Source: Paraspadella gotoi (taxonomy: Eukaryota > Animalia > Chaetognatha). Taken from it: a stretch of DNA of 64,000 nucleotides. The position numbers and the translations under genes are program-made. Location of the stretch: contig CM119264.1 in assembly GCA_051294375.1 (NCBI GenBank), positions 25,236,051 to 25,300,050 of the forward strand, read 5' to 3'. The notes beneath the pieces are model-generated. The model was given only the letters and a program-made list of their open reading frames with translations, did no database searches and was not told where the DNA came from. Shown in pieces: positions 12,125-23,778 of this stretch; the stretch's first letter is position 1, and each line of letters begins with the position of its first letter.

Positions 12125-13686
12125 GATCGCCATCATTATCACAAAATCTAAACAATAAATTAAGACCAACGAATTTAGGTCAAATCGTTTGACCGGCTTA
12201 CCGACCGACGGACAAAACGACCGACCAACGGACCAACCGACCGACGAAAAAAACCGATCAACTTTGAAAAATAATTTTCACAAAAAAAATCTTCTTTTCG
12301 TCGCGTGAGAAAAAACAAGGCGAGTTTCCGTGAGCAAAGAATAAAAAGCTTCACGTTGGGTGCTTCGTTGCAGGCGGCGCTCGTAAAACCATCCGCGCTG
12401 AAACTTTATAGGAATCAGGAGCGGCGTCGTCGGCGTCGTCGGCGTCCTCGGCGTCCTCGGCGTCGTTTTGACTTGAGGGGCATTCAAGCGAGTGTCTCTG
12501 CTTTGTCTCAGCTCCGTCGGCAGCTTGTCAGTTTTCCGAAGGTTCCCTTGTCAATTCTTAGTCGGTCTTTTGTATCTTTTTCTGTAGAGTGTCGGCCTTT
12601 TGTCATCGTTTATTAAATTTTTTGTGGGAAACGTGATCATTCTTGTTTTTTTACCATTTCCTTATTTTGATTCTTTGTTTTTTTTTTTTAAATGCAGCTC
12701 AGAAAAGCAGTTCTGTTAAGGACACAGGGTACAATGTACAGCGCCGTACAGTTAAATTAAAGTTACTCAAATACAGAATAATTTGTATTTTCCAACTACA
12801 AGTCAATTTATTCGAAAAATAAATATTTTTTTCCCCCTTCGTTTAAACGATGTTTGTTTCCGAATCATCAACTTCTTACTTTGAGTTTCTGTTTCGTCTC
12901 CTTCTTGATTACATCTGTAATTTTAACGAGTTGGGTCTTTAATTAAAATTTAAATTATAATAGACGGCGACGACGAATGAGGAAAAAAAAAACCCAAAAA
13001 GCAGACTACCAGAGTTTCGTTATTTTTTTGTTTCTGGGGAGAGAAAGAAGGGGGGCGGGGGTGTTGGTCGCCCGGGCGACGAAAATGAAGTTCTCCATAC
13101 GACGCGAATGTTATGAGATATGATTTATGGTCTTTCCCCCTCGGAACATTTGAAATTAAGCAATTCGTTCGATTCATGCGAATTTTATAACGTCATTCGT
13201 TTTACAGAAGCGTACGTCAGAAGCACAATGGAACAGAAAATGGGTTTCCCTTTCCATGCATTTTTCATATCTCTCTCTTCTCTTCTCTCTCTCTCTCTCT
13301 CATCTCTCTCCCGTCTCTCTCTCCTCTCTCTCGTCTCTGCTCTCTCCTCTCTCTCTCTCTCTATCCTCTCTCGTCTCTCTCTCTAATCTCTCTCTCTCCT
13401 CTCATCTCTCATCCTCTCTCTCCTCATTCCACATCATCTCTCGTCTCTCTCCAATCCCTTTCGTCTCTCAATTTCACTTTATTTTGTTTTGGTACCAAAG
13501 TGTTACACGTTTTTCGTTAGTTTGTATGACTCTGTCCTTTGTTATAAAAAATATTTAAACTTAAATTAGACTCTTTGACATTTGGACGACCTAACATTTC
13601 TAAGAAATCATCTGTCGACGCTCATTTTATTCCTTGGCTTTTCTTTTTTTAGTTTTTTAATTTATTTCTATTTCCAACTTATAGCG

Positions 13687-13718
<32 letters not shown>

Positions 13719-14012
13719 TTTCTGCCTCTCTTATTATTTTTTTTTTTCGTTCTTCCTTTCCTTCTTTCTGTCTCTCTCATTATTTTTTCCCTTCCTTTTT
13801 TTCTCTTTCTTTTTTTCTTTATTTCTTTCTTCCTCCACTTTTTGCCTAACCTATTTCTTGATTTCTAAATGCAAAAGCCCATATTTGCGCTACCATCGAC
13901 CTTTTTCTTTTTCCGAGGCGGCATCTAACGACGATGTTCCATTGTTCTTTTATTTCCTACTTTTCGGCCGAATCCTGGAATTTTGTCGTCAATTTCCTGG
14001 GAAATGCTCTCT

Positions 14013-14053
<41 letters not shown>

Positions 14054-14655
14054 GATGATGAATGACGTCATAAAATACCAACAATCCGCTGCGAAGCGAA
14101 AATCAAATTCCGCGCACAACTGCAACAACAACTTCTCTTCAAACAACAACAGAAGAAAGAAAAAGAACAAATATCAAGAACATGAACGAAAACAAGAAAA
14201 AATAAATATAATAAAATTAAAAAAATAAATAACTTTGTTGCGAATCCATTCATTAATATGACTACAAGACATTTTTCACGTCTGTCTGTATGTCCATCCG
14301 TAAAACTGTCTTTTCGTCTCTCTTTCTCTCTCTGGACTTCGAGGAAAAGGTTTCCCTGTCTAAGGGTTCGTCCAACATTAAATCAATCTCTCCGACTCTG
14401 GTCCTCCTTTTTTTCATCCTTCAAATTTTTATGGTTCAGAGGTTTTTTTTCATCAAAGGAATTTTTTTCTTTCTTGCCTAGTAGCATCTAATGGATGTTT
14501 TTTCTCCTCCTCTCGCTCTCACTTTTTTCTTTTGAGCTCCTCAGCTCCATAACTTCTCAGCACCATAGCTTCCCAGCATCTTGAAAAGTCGGCTGAAATC
14601 CCGGAAAATGGTGTTACTGGCACACGACCAACGCCGTACATTCGATTAACGTCGT

Positions 14656-14791
<136 letters not shown>

Positions 14792-14959
14792 ATATACTTT
14801 CTCCTTATTTTTTTTACCTTTTGTTTCCGTTCTGCTTGTCTCATTTCTCATTACGAGGCTCGCTCCTCTCAGTGTTTCTCTTTTTTTCGCAGTAATATTT
14901 TACCTAATACAATATATCTCCCCAAGCGACATCTTGTTTTCTCTCTGGAGTCTCTTTTG

Positions 14960-15004
14960 TTACAAGGATTGTCGCCGAGGCTGGTCTTTTGTTCCAATGT
15001 CCAC
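14960..15004 (-). CDS. IgSF receptor, candidate terminal exon 12 (VDIGTKDQPRRQSL*)
   Basis: gacag|GTG acceptor in phase 0, matching the exon 11 donor; ends in TAA. The acceptor is purine-rich and weak, so this call is tentative. Confidence 0.45.
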   Translation of the reverse strand: MDIGTKDQPRRQSL

Positions 15005-15550
15005 CTGTCTTCTATTTTCATTGTGAGCAGCAAACAATCACGAAAAATCCCCTGGTATAATTCTCTCTTTTTTTAATTTTTCTTTCTCTTTCATTTTCCT
15101 TTTTTTACGTTTTTTTCTCTTTTATTCTCTTTTTTTTCTTCTTTACTAAAATTAAATGGACAATGGGACATACCAATACCAATAGGAAGTTTTTAATAAT
15201 CGTCGTGGGAATATTTTTTACTATCTTACACATGGTCGATTTCTTACAAATTTCTTACTAATTTCACCAAAGCAAAGGTATTTTCTTCCCATTTCAGCTT
15301 AAATGTGTTTTCGTCATATTTAAACTTGCAGACAAAATGTACGATATAATATTCATTATAATATATCATAATGTTGCAATAACTATATATAGATCCTTAG
15401 ACCGCATGGAATCACTTTTAAAAATAGAGAAAAGTAGTCATCTTTATATCTTATCTTAACAAAATCCAGTTATCTATTTTTTTTAACCACTATATAGTTT
15501 TACTTATCATATTCCTCACCCGCCATATTATTCCATTCTCTCGCCCTTAC

Positions 15551-15699
15551 CTCCATGTCGCCCAAAGTGTTCATGATGGAACTGGTGTAAGAAAAGTGCC
15601 ACATGTTGGCGTCGGCGGCGTTTGAAGTCTCCGGACTCAGGTAAGGGACTTGGCACTTTTTCGTTCGTCGGACCGGCTTGTCCTTTTTAGGTTTCGAGG
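15551..15699 (-). CDS. IgSF receptor exon 11, cytoplasmic (ASKPKKDKPVRRTKKCQVPYLSPETSNAADANMWHFSYTSSIMNTLGDME)
   Basis: tctttcttcag acceptor, GTAAGG donor, open frame, phase 1 to 0, consistent with exon 10. Confidence 0.8.
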
Positions 15700-15903
15700 C
15701 TGAAGAAAGAGTGAGTGTAAAGAAGGCACATTAGTCAAGTATACATGGTGACAATGGAGTCAAAAGATGGTATAACGGAATAAAATATAGATCGGAAAGG
15801 GTAGTTTTAAATTTCAAAAAGTAAAAGAGTTCCGTCCAGTTTTCTCATTTTTGTTTATTTTTCTTTTATCCATTGCGTCTTTCATTTAATTTAATTATTT
15901 GAT

Positions 15904-15944
<41 letters not shown>

Positions 15945-16111
15945 TTTTTTTTTCTATCCTTCCCAAATAACATTTTCCCTCTATTCTCTCACCCTTAACC
16001 CTGTCCAATTCCCCAAATACACTACCACCCTTCCCCACACTCTCCTTCCCCACACTCTCCTTCCCCACTCCCTCAATCCCCTCCCCATCCCACCCTTCCA
16101 CCCCTTCTCAC

Positions 16112-16410
16112 CCGCCCCGTCGGCCGACACGAGCGTGCCCCTCTGACGAAGAACTAAGAGGACGGCGAGAAGAAGGATCATGCAGAGGATGAAGGCCCCG
16201 AGTGAGATGATGGCGATCATGACGTCGGAAAGGACGAGAGGCGGCCCCGCCCCTTCCCGCCCTTCCCGCCCCTCGCCGCGGAAATCCGGGCCGCCGGGGC
16301 CCAGCTTTAGGTGAGTTTCGGGGGCCTCGGAGGCCGAGGAGGAGGAGGAGGAGGAGGAAGAGGAGGAGGGTGAGGAAAAGGTGGCGGCCGCGTTGCCATC
16401 GGGTGAGTTT
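16112..16410 (-). CDS. IgSF receptor exon 10, Ser-rich stalk plus transmembrane helix
   Basis: ttccttaccag acceptor, GTGAGA donor, phase 2 to 1. Encodes NSPDGNAAATFSSPSSSS..GPPLVLSD, then hydrophobic VMIAIISLGAFILCMILLLAVLLVL followed by basic RQR (positive-inside rule). Confidence 0.85.
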
Positions 16411-16603
16411 CTGGTAAGGAAATTTCAAAAAAGGGGGGGGCGTCGCAGAGCGTTTTAAAGGGTTGTCTATTTACTGTTGTCAATATCAACTCTTCTCTAT
16501 TAATAATTAATTAATGAACTGTTTTAAAGGATTGTTTCCTTTAATTACCTAATAAACTATAAAGTATCGATCACTCAAATCTAAACAAGTAACGTCTACT
16601 CAC

Positions 16604-16685
16604 GATTCTCGAACGGGATTGGTCGATCCCTCGTCCTCGCCGACCAATCGGATGACGTTGGGCTGCGTCGTCGTCGTCGCGCCTC
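16604..16685 (-). CDS. IgSF receptor exon 9, stalk (GGATTTTQPNVIRLVGEDEGSTNPVRES)
   Basis: cctttacctcgttag acceptor, GTGAGT donor; 82 nt, phase 1 to 2, exactly bridging exons 8 and 10. Confidence 0.75.
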
Positions 16686-16792
16686 CTAACGAGGTAAAGG
16701 GGAGGCGGAAGGAGGGGGGAGGAGGGGGCGCAAGGAATATTTATTTCCCCCGTTTAATTAATTAACGGAAATGCATTTCAAGGGAGGAGAAT

Positions 16793-16833
<41 letters not shown>

Positions 16834-17621
16834 TCTCTCTCTCTCTTCTCCTCTCTCTCTCTCTCTCTCTCCCTCTCTCTTCTCTCTCTCTCTCTCTTCT
16901 CTTCACTTCTTCTCTTATCTCTCTCCTCTCTCTCTCTTCTCTATCTCGTCGCTCAGGTTTCGAATTTCTCCTCCTGAGGGAATGAGCGGCGAGTTCGGCC
17001 GGCGCAACAAAGTTATGAAGAGAGAGAGAGAGAGAGGAAGAGACGAGAGAGGAGAGATAGAAAGAAAAGACTCTCACTAAGAAGTCAGAGGGTTTCTTAA
17101 TTTACTTGATAGTATTAAGCTGACAACATTTAAACAATTGAGTCAATATATGTGAAAAATATTTCAATATTTCAATATTTCACCAACGATTGAAAAAGAC
17201 CATATTTTTATTGTCGTCGCCATTTCTAGTAGAATAAATCGCTTCACTAAAAGACGAGATTTCTGTGAATAGTTACCTCTAATACATCTAGCTAGGGCAA
17301 TTAGGTTGTAAATCTGAAATGACACTGAAAAGAGAGTGCATATTGACCCAGATTGAAAATTTGTCAGGTCAAAGAATTCTCTCAATCCCATTTCGGGCAA
17401 CTATGTCAATTTCTTGAAGGGATCTTTTCCAGGGTTAACTGAGGACCCAAAATGATGCAGTCCAGTTAAAGTGTATTTCCTTCGTTCTGTTTATCGAACT
17501 CCAGAAAAAAAACAGGTGAAATCTCGGCATACGGCGACATTTTCGTGAAACTGATTTCCTCTTTCTCCTCCTTCGCACTTGACAGCGATGAATTAATCGC
17601 CCAACCTGAGACATCTCTCTC

Positions 17622-17671
<50 letters not shown>

Positions 17672-17672
17672 G

Positions 17673-17704
<32 letters not shown>

Positions 17705-18113
17705 CCTCTCTCTCTCTCTCGTCTCTCTTCTCGTCTTAGAGAATATCGAGAGTCTTCTTCCAAAAATATCCTTTTTCGGAAGAAGAACCATTTCTTCCGG
17801 TCTTTAGCGGGTTTTAAAGTGGGGACGTTATGGCTCTATTCGTTCGTACCGTTCCGGCTAGCGTACGTTCGTGCTTTCGTTCGTCTTTTGTTGTTAGATT
17901 AGCTATTTTTACCGCCGGTTCAAGAAAAAAAGACATTCTTTTCTCTGTTAAATATTTTGGCCCACTTAAAACTTAATTCCCATCTATTTGCGACAACATC
18001 TATTTGGTTAATTAATTACATTTTAAAATAATTATTTCAAGCCATCTTCCCCGCCCAAACATTACTTGCCTCGCCCTCACCTTTTCTCACCATTCCTTTT
18101 TGATGCGACTCAC

Positions 18114-18232
18114 CTCTAGTGACGTTTATCGCACATCGTCGTCGTCGTCATCGTCGTCGTCGTCGCCGGGCTCGACGAACTCGATTGATATGTTTTTGAC
18201 CGCTTCACTGTGCTTTTTCCTTCCTCCGTCAC
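18114..18232 (-). CDS. IgSF receptor exon 8, end of Ig4 plus poly-Asp
   Basis: tctttcag acceptor, GTGAGT donor. Phase 1 reads GDGGRKKHSEAVKNISIEFVEPGDDDDDDDDDV and then hits a stop. Adding one base restores ..INVTR and the phase-1 end required by exon 9. Confidence 0.7.
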
Positions 18233-20277
18233 CTGAAAGAGAGGTTCAATTCCAAAATTATGCGTCTTTTTCATCGCGGAATGACAAAATTTGGAGACCG
18301 ATTAAGTTAGCTTTTGTATTTAATATTTTTAGTTTAGTCATTAATGACCGTTTCAAAGTAATTGCGAGAAAAAAAACATTTTTCTGCGACGTATATTTTC
18401 GAGACAGGAAATACGTCATATATGAACAAAATAGTGATGAAGTAATTCCAGAATTTAATATATTCATCTTCGTGACAATAAAAAAAATCAAGCTTTCCCA
18501 CAAACCGCGGTCCAGATCCGAGGTCCATTGAGTGCAATCGGTCGGCCAATTTAATAATCATTTAAATAAATACAGCGACATGGCTGCCTGTGGCAGTGCA
18601 CTTTGCACTCGCAATAAGGTACCGTTGTACCGCTAAAAATTTCCCACAAAAAACCTCGACGTAAAAAAAAGGAAAGTGCTGAAGGCTTTGGGCATCGGCG
18701 AAATGAATCCATGAACGTGGCCGACTCGTGTAAAGTGAAGACACTGAGCGGCAGACGATATTTAAAAGTGGCACCACGGTTCTTTTTTATAGGAGGAAAA
18801 AGGAAAATGGAAATATACCAACTCTGGAATGATTAAAAACCTGAAAGGTTGCTGTCTGGACAAGAGCTTAGGCTAAGTTCGAAAAATTTTTCCAAACTCA
18901 GTTTTTTTTTAAATTGCAGTTGAAGTGGTAAGTTAATTTTGAGAAAATTTGATAACTTTTTACTAATTTTGCAAATATAGACTCAAATTCAAACATCTAT
19001 ATGTCAAACGATATCAGTAAACCAAGAGCTTTAATTAAGACCACTCCCAACTTTCTCCGACTTTTGGTTAAAAAGTTATTAATCAAAATATATTATTTTT
19101 CTTTAAAAAAGTAATGGAATGGTGAGTATTATTGAGAATATAATTCAAGACTTTAATCTAAAAATGATTGAGAATACCAACGAGTTCTATAACAGTCTTC
19201 TTCAATTAATTCATAAATAAAATTTTTCTTCAAGCTTAAATATAGGTACATCATCCCCCAAAAATTTAAAAAAAATATAAATTAAATTTTTAATAATTTA
19301 CACATAATGATTTATATAATTTTCTTAATATATATAGGACTAGAAACTATAGACGTGACCTTTCTTTTGACCTATTGCCAACTCTTTACGATAAATATTT
19401 ATTGAGATACTACCAAAGAAAGCCCCCAAAAATCTTTTAAAAACGTAATTTTTAATTTATTTAAGTCATATATCTCGATGAATATATAACTTATTTAAGT
19501 CAAATGATTTTATTAGCAGATTAAAATGTAAGGCACATATTAAATACTATTAGTTGTTATATTTTATCATAATTTAATCAGGACACTTAATTTTCAGCCA
19601 ATTTTTACCAAATTTACATTATACTTTTGGTTTTTACAGCAACAAAAAGACAAAACAGGTAAGATAAAAATTGATGACAAAATCTGTTAAGCCAAAAGAC
19701 CTTAGAATGTATTATATAGGTTTAAAAATTTTTCTCAATAAACGTGGCAGATTATGCAACGTCGAATGCCCTCACCGTAGCAGTGTTTGCCACGCTCGCC
19801 ACAATCGTCGTCGCTGGCGTCGCTGCCACATAAACTCTATTACGTCTTCGGACGGAACGACGATTTCCCGCCGGCGATCGGGGAATAATTGATTTTATCG
19901 GGATTAGCTACTGTCGTCGTCGTCGTCGTCGTCTCGTCTTTTGTATTGTATTAGTTGACGTCGTCGTCGTCGTCGTCGTCGTCGTGTTACTGTTTTGCTG
20001 TCAACCGTCCTCGTCGGTCGTCGTCGTCTTCGTCGTCGTAATTATCTTCTTTTCGCCACTTATTTATCGTCGTCGTCATTACGTGAATACTACTACTACT
20101 TAATTTACCTAATTACTTAATTTGTCGTTGTTGTCGATTTCGTCGATATGTTGTTGTTGTTGTTGTTTTATTATTGGATTTAGCGAATACATCGTTGTCG
20201 TTGTTGCCGTCGTTTCCACAGTTGCGACCGCAACGTAGAATCGTAAATAATCTCTCTCCTCTCTCTCTCTCTCCTCT

Positions 20278-20351
<74 letters not shown>

Positions 20352-21058
20352 CTCGCTTCTCTCAGGCGCCGTCACACACTTTGAAAAGTTAAAACACGTA
20401 AAAAATCAATTCCTATAGTTTATTATCATTTTTAAATTTATCAAGCGTAATGCAATATTAGACTTCACTTATGAGATCAGAATCGTCAGCACTGATATTC
20501 CAGCAACTTCAGCGTTGAAGATATGCAAAGATGTCTACAATGAAATATATATATAATATCTAATCCCAATCCGGAAAAACAAATCAATTTTGATACGGAA
20601 CAGCTTGTGAACGCTGTCACTATAACCTCATTAAATCATACACGTAGCTTATGCTATCCTCTCAATAAATCATAACGATAATAATACTTTTTGTAATGGT
20701 ATTGTCTTTTTTAATAAAGGATAAGATTAAAGGAAAATACTAGCAACAGTCGGGTTGTCCTTGTTTGGCGACTGAGGCATCTTTACTTTGCTTTGCGCGG
20801 CTTCGACCCGTCAGTGAAGCCTTCATCACAGGCGGACCTAGACAGTCTCGCTTGCCAATTGCAGAGGGAAGTCGTAGGACTGTTAATTGAACAATGACAC
20901 AACGCCTGGATGGTGTTTGCCCTCTCTGGCAAAATGGATTGTTAAGAACGAAAATGTACGGAGGCGTCTGTGAATTATAACTGCACAATACTCACAAAAG
21001 GATAGAGGAATCATCCATTCGTCGCGAACACAACCAACCCGAACTTCTCCTTCCCAAC

Positions 21059-21211
21059 CTTCCGATGCTGCCGGCCATCCATACCGCGCACTTATCCGTG
21101 CGCTCGCCCCCGGCGTCGACGGCGGCGGAGATCTCGCCGGTAAACGTCATTGTGAATCGGGAAGTCCGGACCGCGTCGGCGCACCGCCTCCTTGGCCCCC
21201 ACTCGCGGACG
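21059..21211 (-). pseudogene. Duplicate (copy A) of IgSF exon 7, frameshifted
   Basis: Homologous to 28201-28354 with several indels; lies within the duplicated block. Confidence 0.75.
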
Positions 21212-21987
21212 CTGAGGAAAACAAACAAGAGAACGAAGAGTCAATGTTTTGGTTACCTCTACTATGATTCGGGCGTTGGCGCAGGAATGGGAGGGGGGGG
21301 TTGAATATTGGTGGGGGAAGGTGATAAGGGAGGAATGACCGGAGGAAGAAGAGAGAGGAGAGAGAGGAGAGAGAGAGAGAAGAGAGAGAGAAGAGAGAGA
21401 GGAGGAGAGAGAGAGAGAGAAAAGAGAGAGAGAGCAAAGAAAGAAAGAATCCGGGTGTATATATCGGCGATTTGTGTGCTTTCTTCTTCCCTTCTGCAAA
21501 TCATGTGTATCTGGGCAGCGACGTTCTTGCCTCAAAACAATTGGAAAGGTCATCGAACGGCCAACGATAATGCAATTTGGCACATCGTCCTTTGCCTAGA
21601 CCGGGTCGCAGTTGCGCTTCCTGTCGTGGCTGTTTCCTCTTTCTCCCTTCCTTTGGTCTCGGTTTTTCATTTGCCCCCTCTACTTTCTTTCTCTCTTATT
21701 CTTATTTGTTCGTAAGCAGCTTCGCCTCTTTCTTCTTTCCCATCATTTGTACTTTTTTGTCCTGTTTTTTCCTTTTAGTAATACTGTTATTGTATCATTC
21801 AACATAGTTATTATTCGTTCTTTCATTCACTATTTTAGTTTCCTTCATCTTTACCATATTTCTCCATTTTGTCATTCACACAATCATTTGCTCCTTTCAT
21901 CATTCTTGCCTACTCATTATAATACGTCTTGCTCTCCCTACCCGATCCCCGCGTCTTACTTCTTCCCCTTCACCCTCCCTAACTTAC

Positions 21988-22087
21988 CCGATCACTCTCC
22001 GTCCCCCGAAATGAAGCGCCATACCAAGTCCCTTGGTGTTCGGCGCTGGGTTCCCCAAATGACGCAGCTCACGTTCGAAGGCGGCGC
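21988..22087 (-). pseudogene. Duplicate (copy A) of IgSF exon 6, with internal indels
   Basis: Homologous to 29123-29222 (SNVSCVI..); same splice sites; compensating indels scramble the frame. Confidence 0.75.
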
Positions 22088-23594
22088 CTGAGACAAAAGG
22101 GAATCATTAACATTTCGGTTTGGCTCATTACTAGTTTTGTTGCGTGCGACTCTGTGGAATAAGGGCTGGCTGCGTCGCGATTCGCGTGGCAGAATCGCTG
22201 GTGTAACCGCGTGCGAGACGTAGGGAATTACAGAGCGGTGTAAGATGAACAACCGTCGTTTGTCTTCATCGACCAATAGTGAGACAGCGGATAAACTTTT
22301 TCTCTTTTTAAAAGTCGCATTTGCTTCTGCGAGCTTCGCCTGCCTCCCCAGTGCAAAACAGAGGCATTTCCGCGCCCGCGATAAAACCAAGCTCGGCGAT
22401 GCTCACTGCTGTAAACCAGTCATAGACTCCAGCCTATTCTCCGCCTAACTGACCTTTTGCCTGGCCCATTCCTTTCCCGCGTTACGATTTAATTTTCTCG
22501 CTGGTTCCTTTGTTACGGTGAAATTTTTTTTTGCTAGTTTGGGGGAAACTGACTTGTTGTTTCTTATCGACGCTCCAGGCTGCTCTCTCTCTCTCTCGTC
22601 TCTCTCTCTCTCTTCTCTCTCCTCTGCTTCCTCTCTCTCTCTCTCCTCTCTCTCTGCTCTCTTTTCTCTCTCTCGCTCTTTCTGATTATTCAGTCGCTGA
22701 ACATTTGTTACGCGCGCCGTTTCTTTGTCGAAGTTATATTCAATTGTCGGCGCCTTCCTACTTTTTCCCAGCCCTCGTTCCGTCCATCCTCTCTCTCCTC
22801 CTCCTCCTCTCCTCTCCCCCCCACTTTTTTTATTTTCGCTTCTTGCCGCTTCGCGTCTCTCGCGTCGGTCGAGTGAGAAAGATGGGTAATTGAGTGTCAG
22901 AGAATCAACAAAGAGCACAATCAATCAACAACGACAGCAATTTGTCAACTTCAAAGCCAACAAATCAGACCCGGGTTAATTAAAAACGCGGCGGATCGAA
23001 TGGATGTAGGGGGGGGGAGAGTTTATACGCGAAAAAAAGGGAAAGTTATTCGTCTCGTTTTCGAACTGGTCGATCCATCGATCCAATCACGAAAAGTAAT
23101 GATCTTCCCGTTTTACCTTTTGTCGAACTTCGAATGAATTAAACATTCTGCATTTATCTGATACTCGTGATAGGTTGTTCCCTTCTATTTTTTTTTTTCA
23201 GCCCGATGTTAATCCCTAAAGCGCGAATAGTGACGTCGAGAGATTCACCGAAGCTTGTACACCCTATCCTAAACCCTCTTCATCGACAGAAACACACACT
23301 GTTATTCAGACAATTGTGAATTAATCAACAAATAATTGCTCATCAATTCCAATCCAAAAGCACTATTGAGCTTTTTAATTCGTGAATTTAAACTGTTGAT
23401 GATTTGGTTATGGCTGAGTGTTCACAAACCATACGCACCTGAAGTTATAGAACATTTATCTTTTTGGCCACTCACCAGCAGTGATTCTTAAGAGATCGAC
23501 CAGGTCCGAACCCTCGCTGTAATCCCGAAGTGATTCTCGCTTTCACCGGCACTCACAAAACTGACTATACTTCCCCCCCCCTACTGCTACTCAC

Positions 23595-23778
23595 CGCGAC
23601 GATCCTGAAGTGATCGGAGCAATTGAGGACCGGATCGAGGAGTTAAGGCGAAGGTGACGTTTCAGGTGAGCGCCTCCGAGGCGACCCACCAGTGGAGGCT
23701 GAAGGCGGCGATAGGAAAGGTCGTCCAGGTCGAGGCCGGAGGATGTTAGGGCGATGGTCACCTCTACCCGCCCTTGAC
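23595..23778 (-). pseudogene. Duplicate (copy A) of IgSF exon 5, frameshifted, acceptor AG lost
   Basis: Homologous to 30976-31165; the acceptor reads ttcg instead of ttcag; multiple deletions. Confidence 0.75.

Noticed and set aside
18900-19750. AT-rich block suggestive of a non-autonomous DNA transposon
   Set aside because: I could not identify terminal inverted repeats or a target-site duplication.
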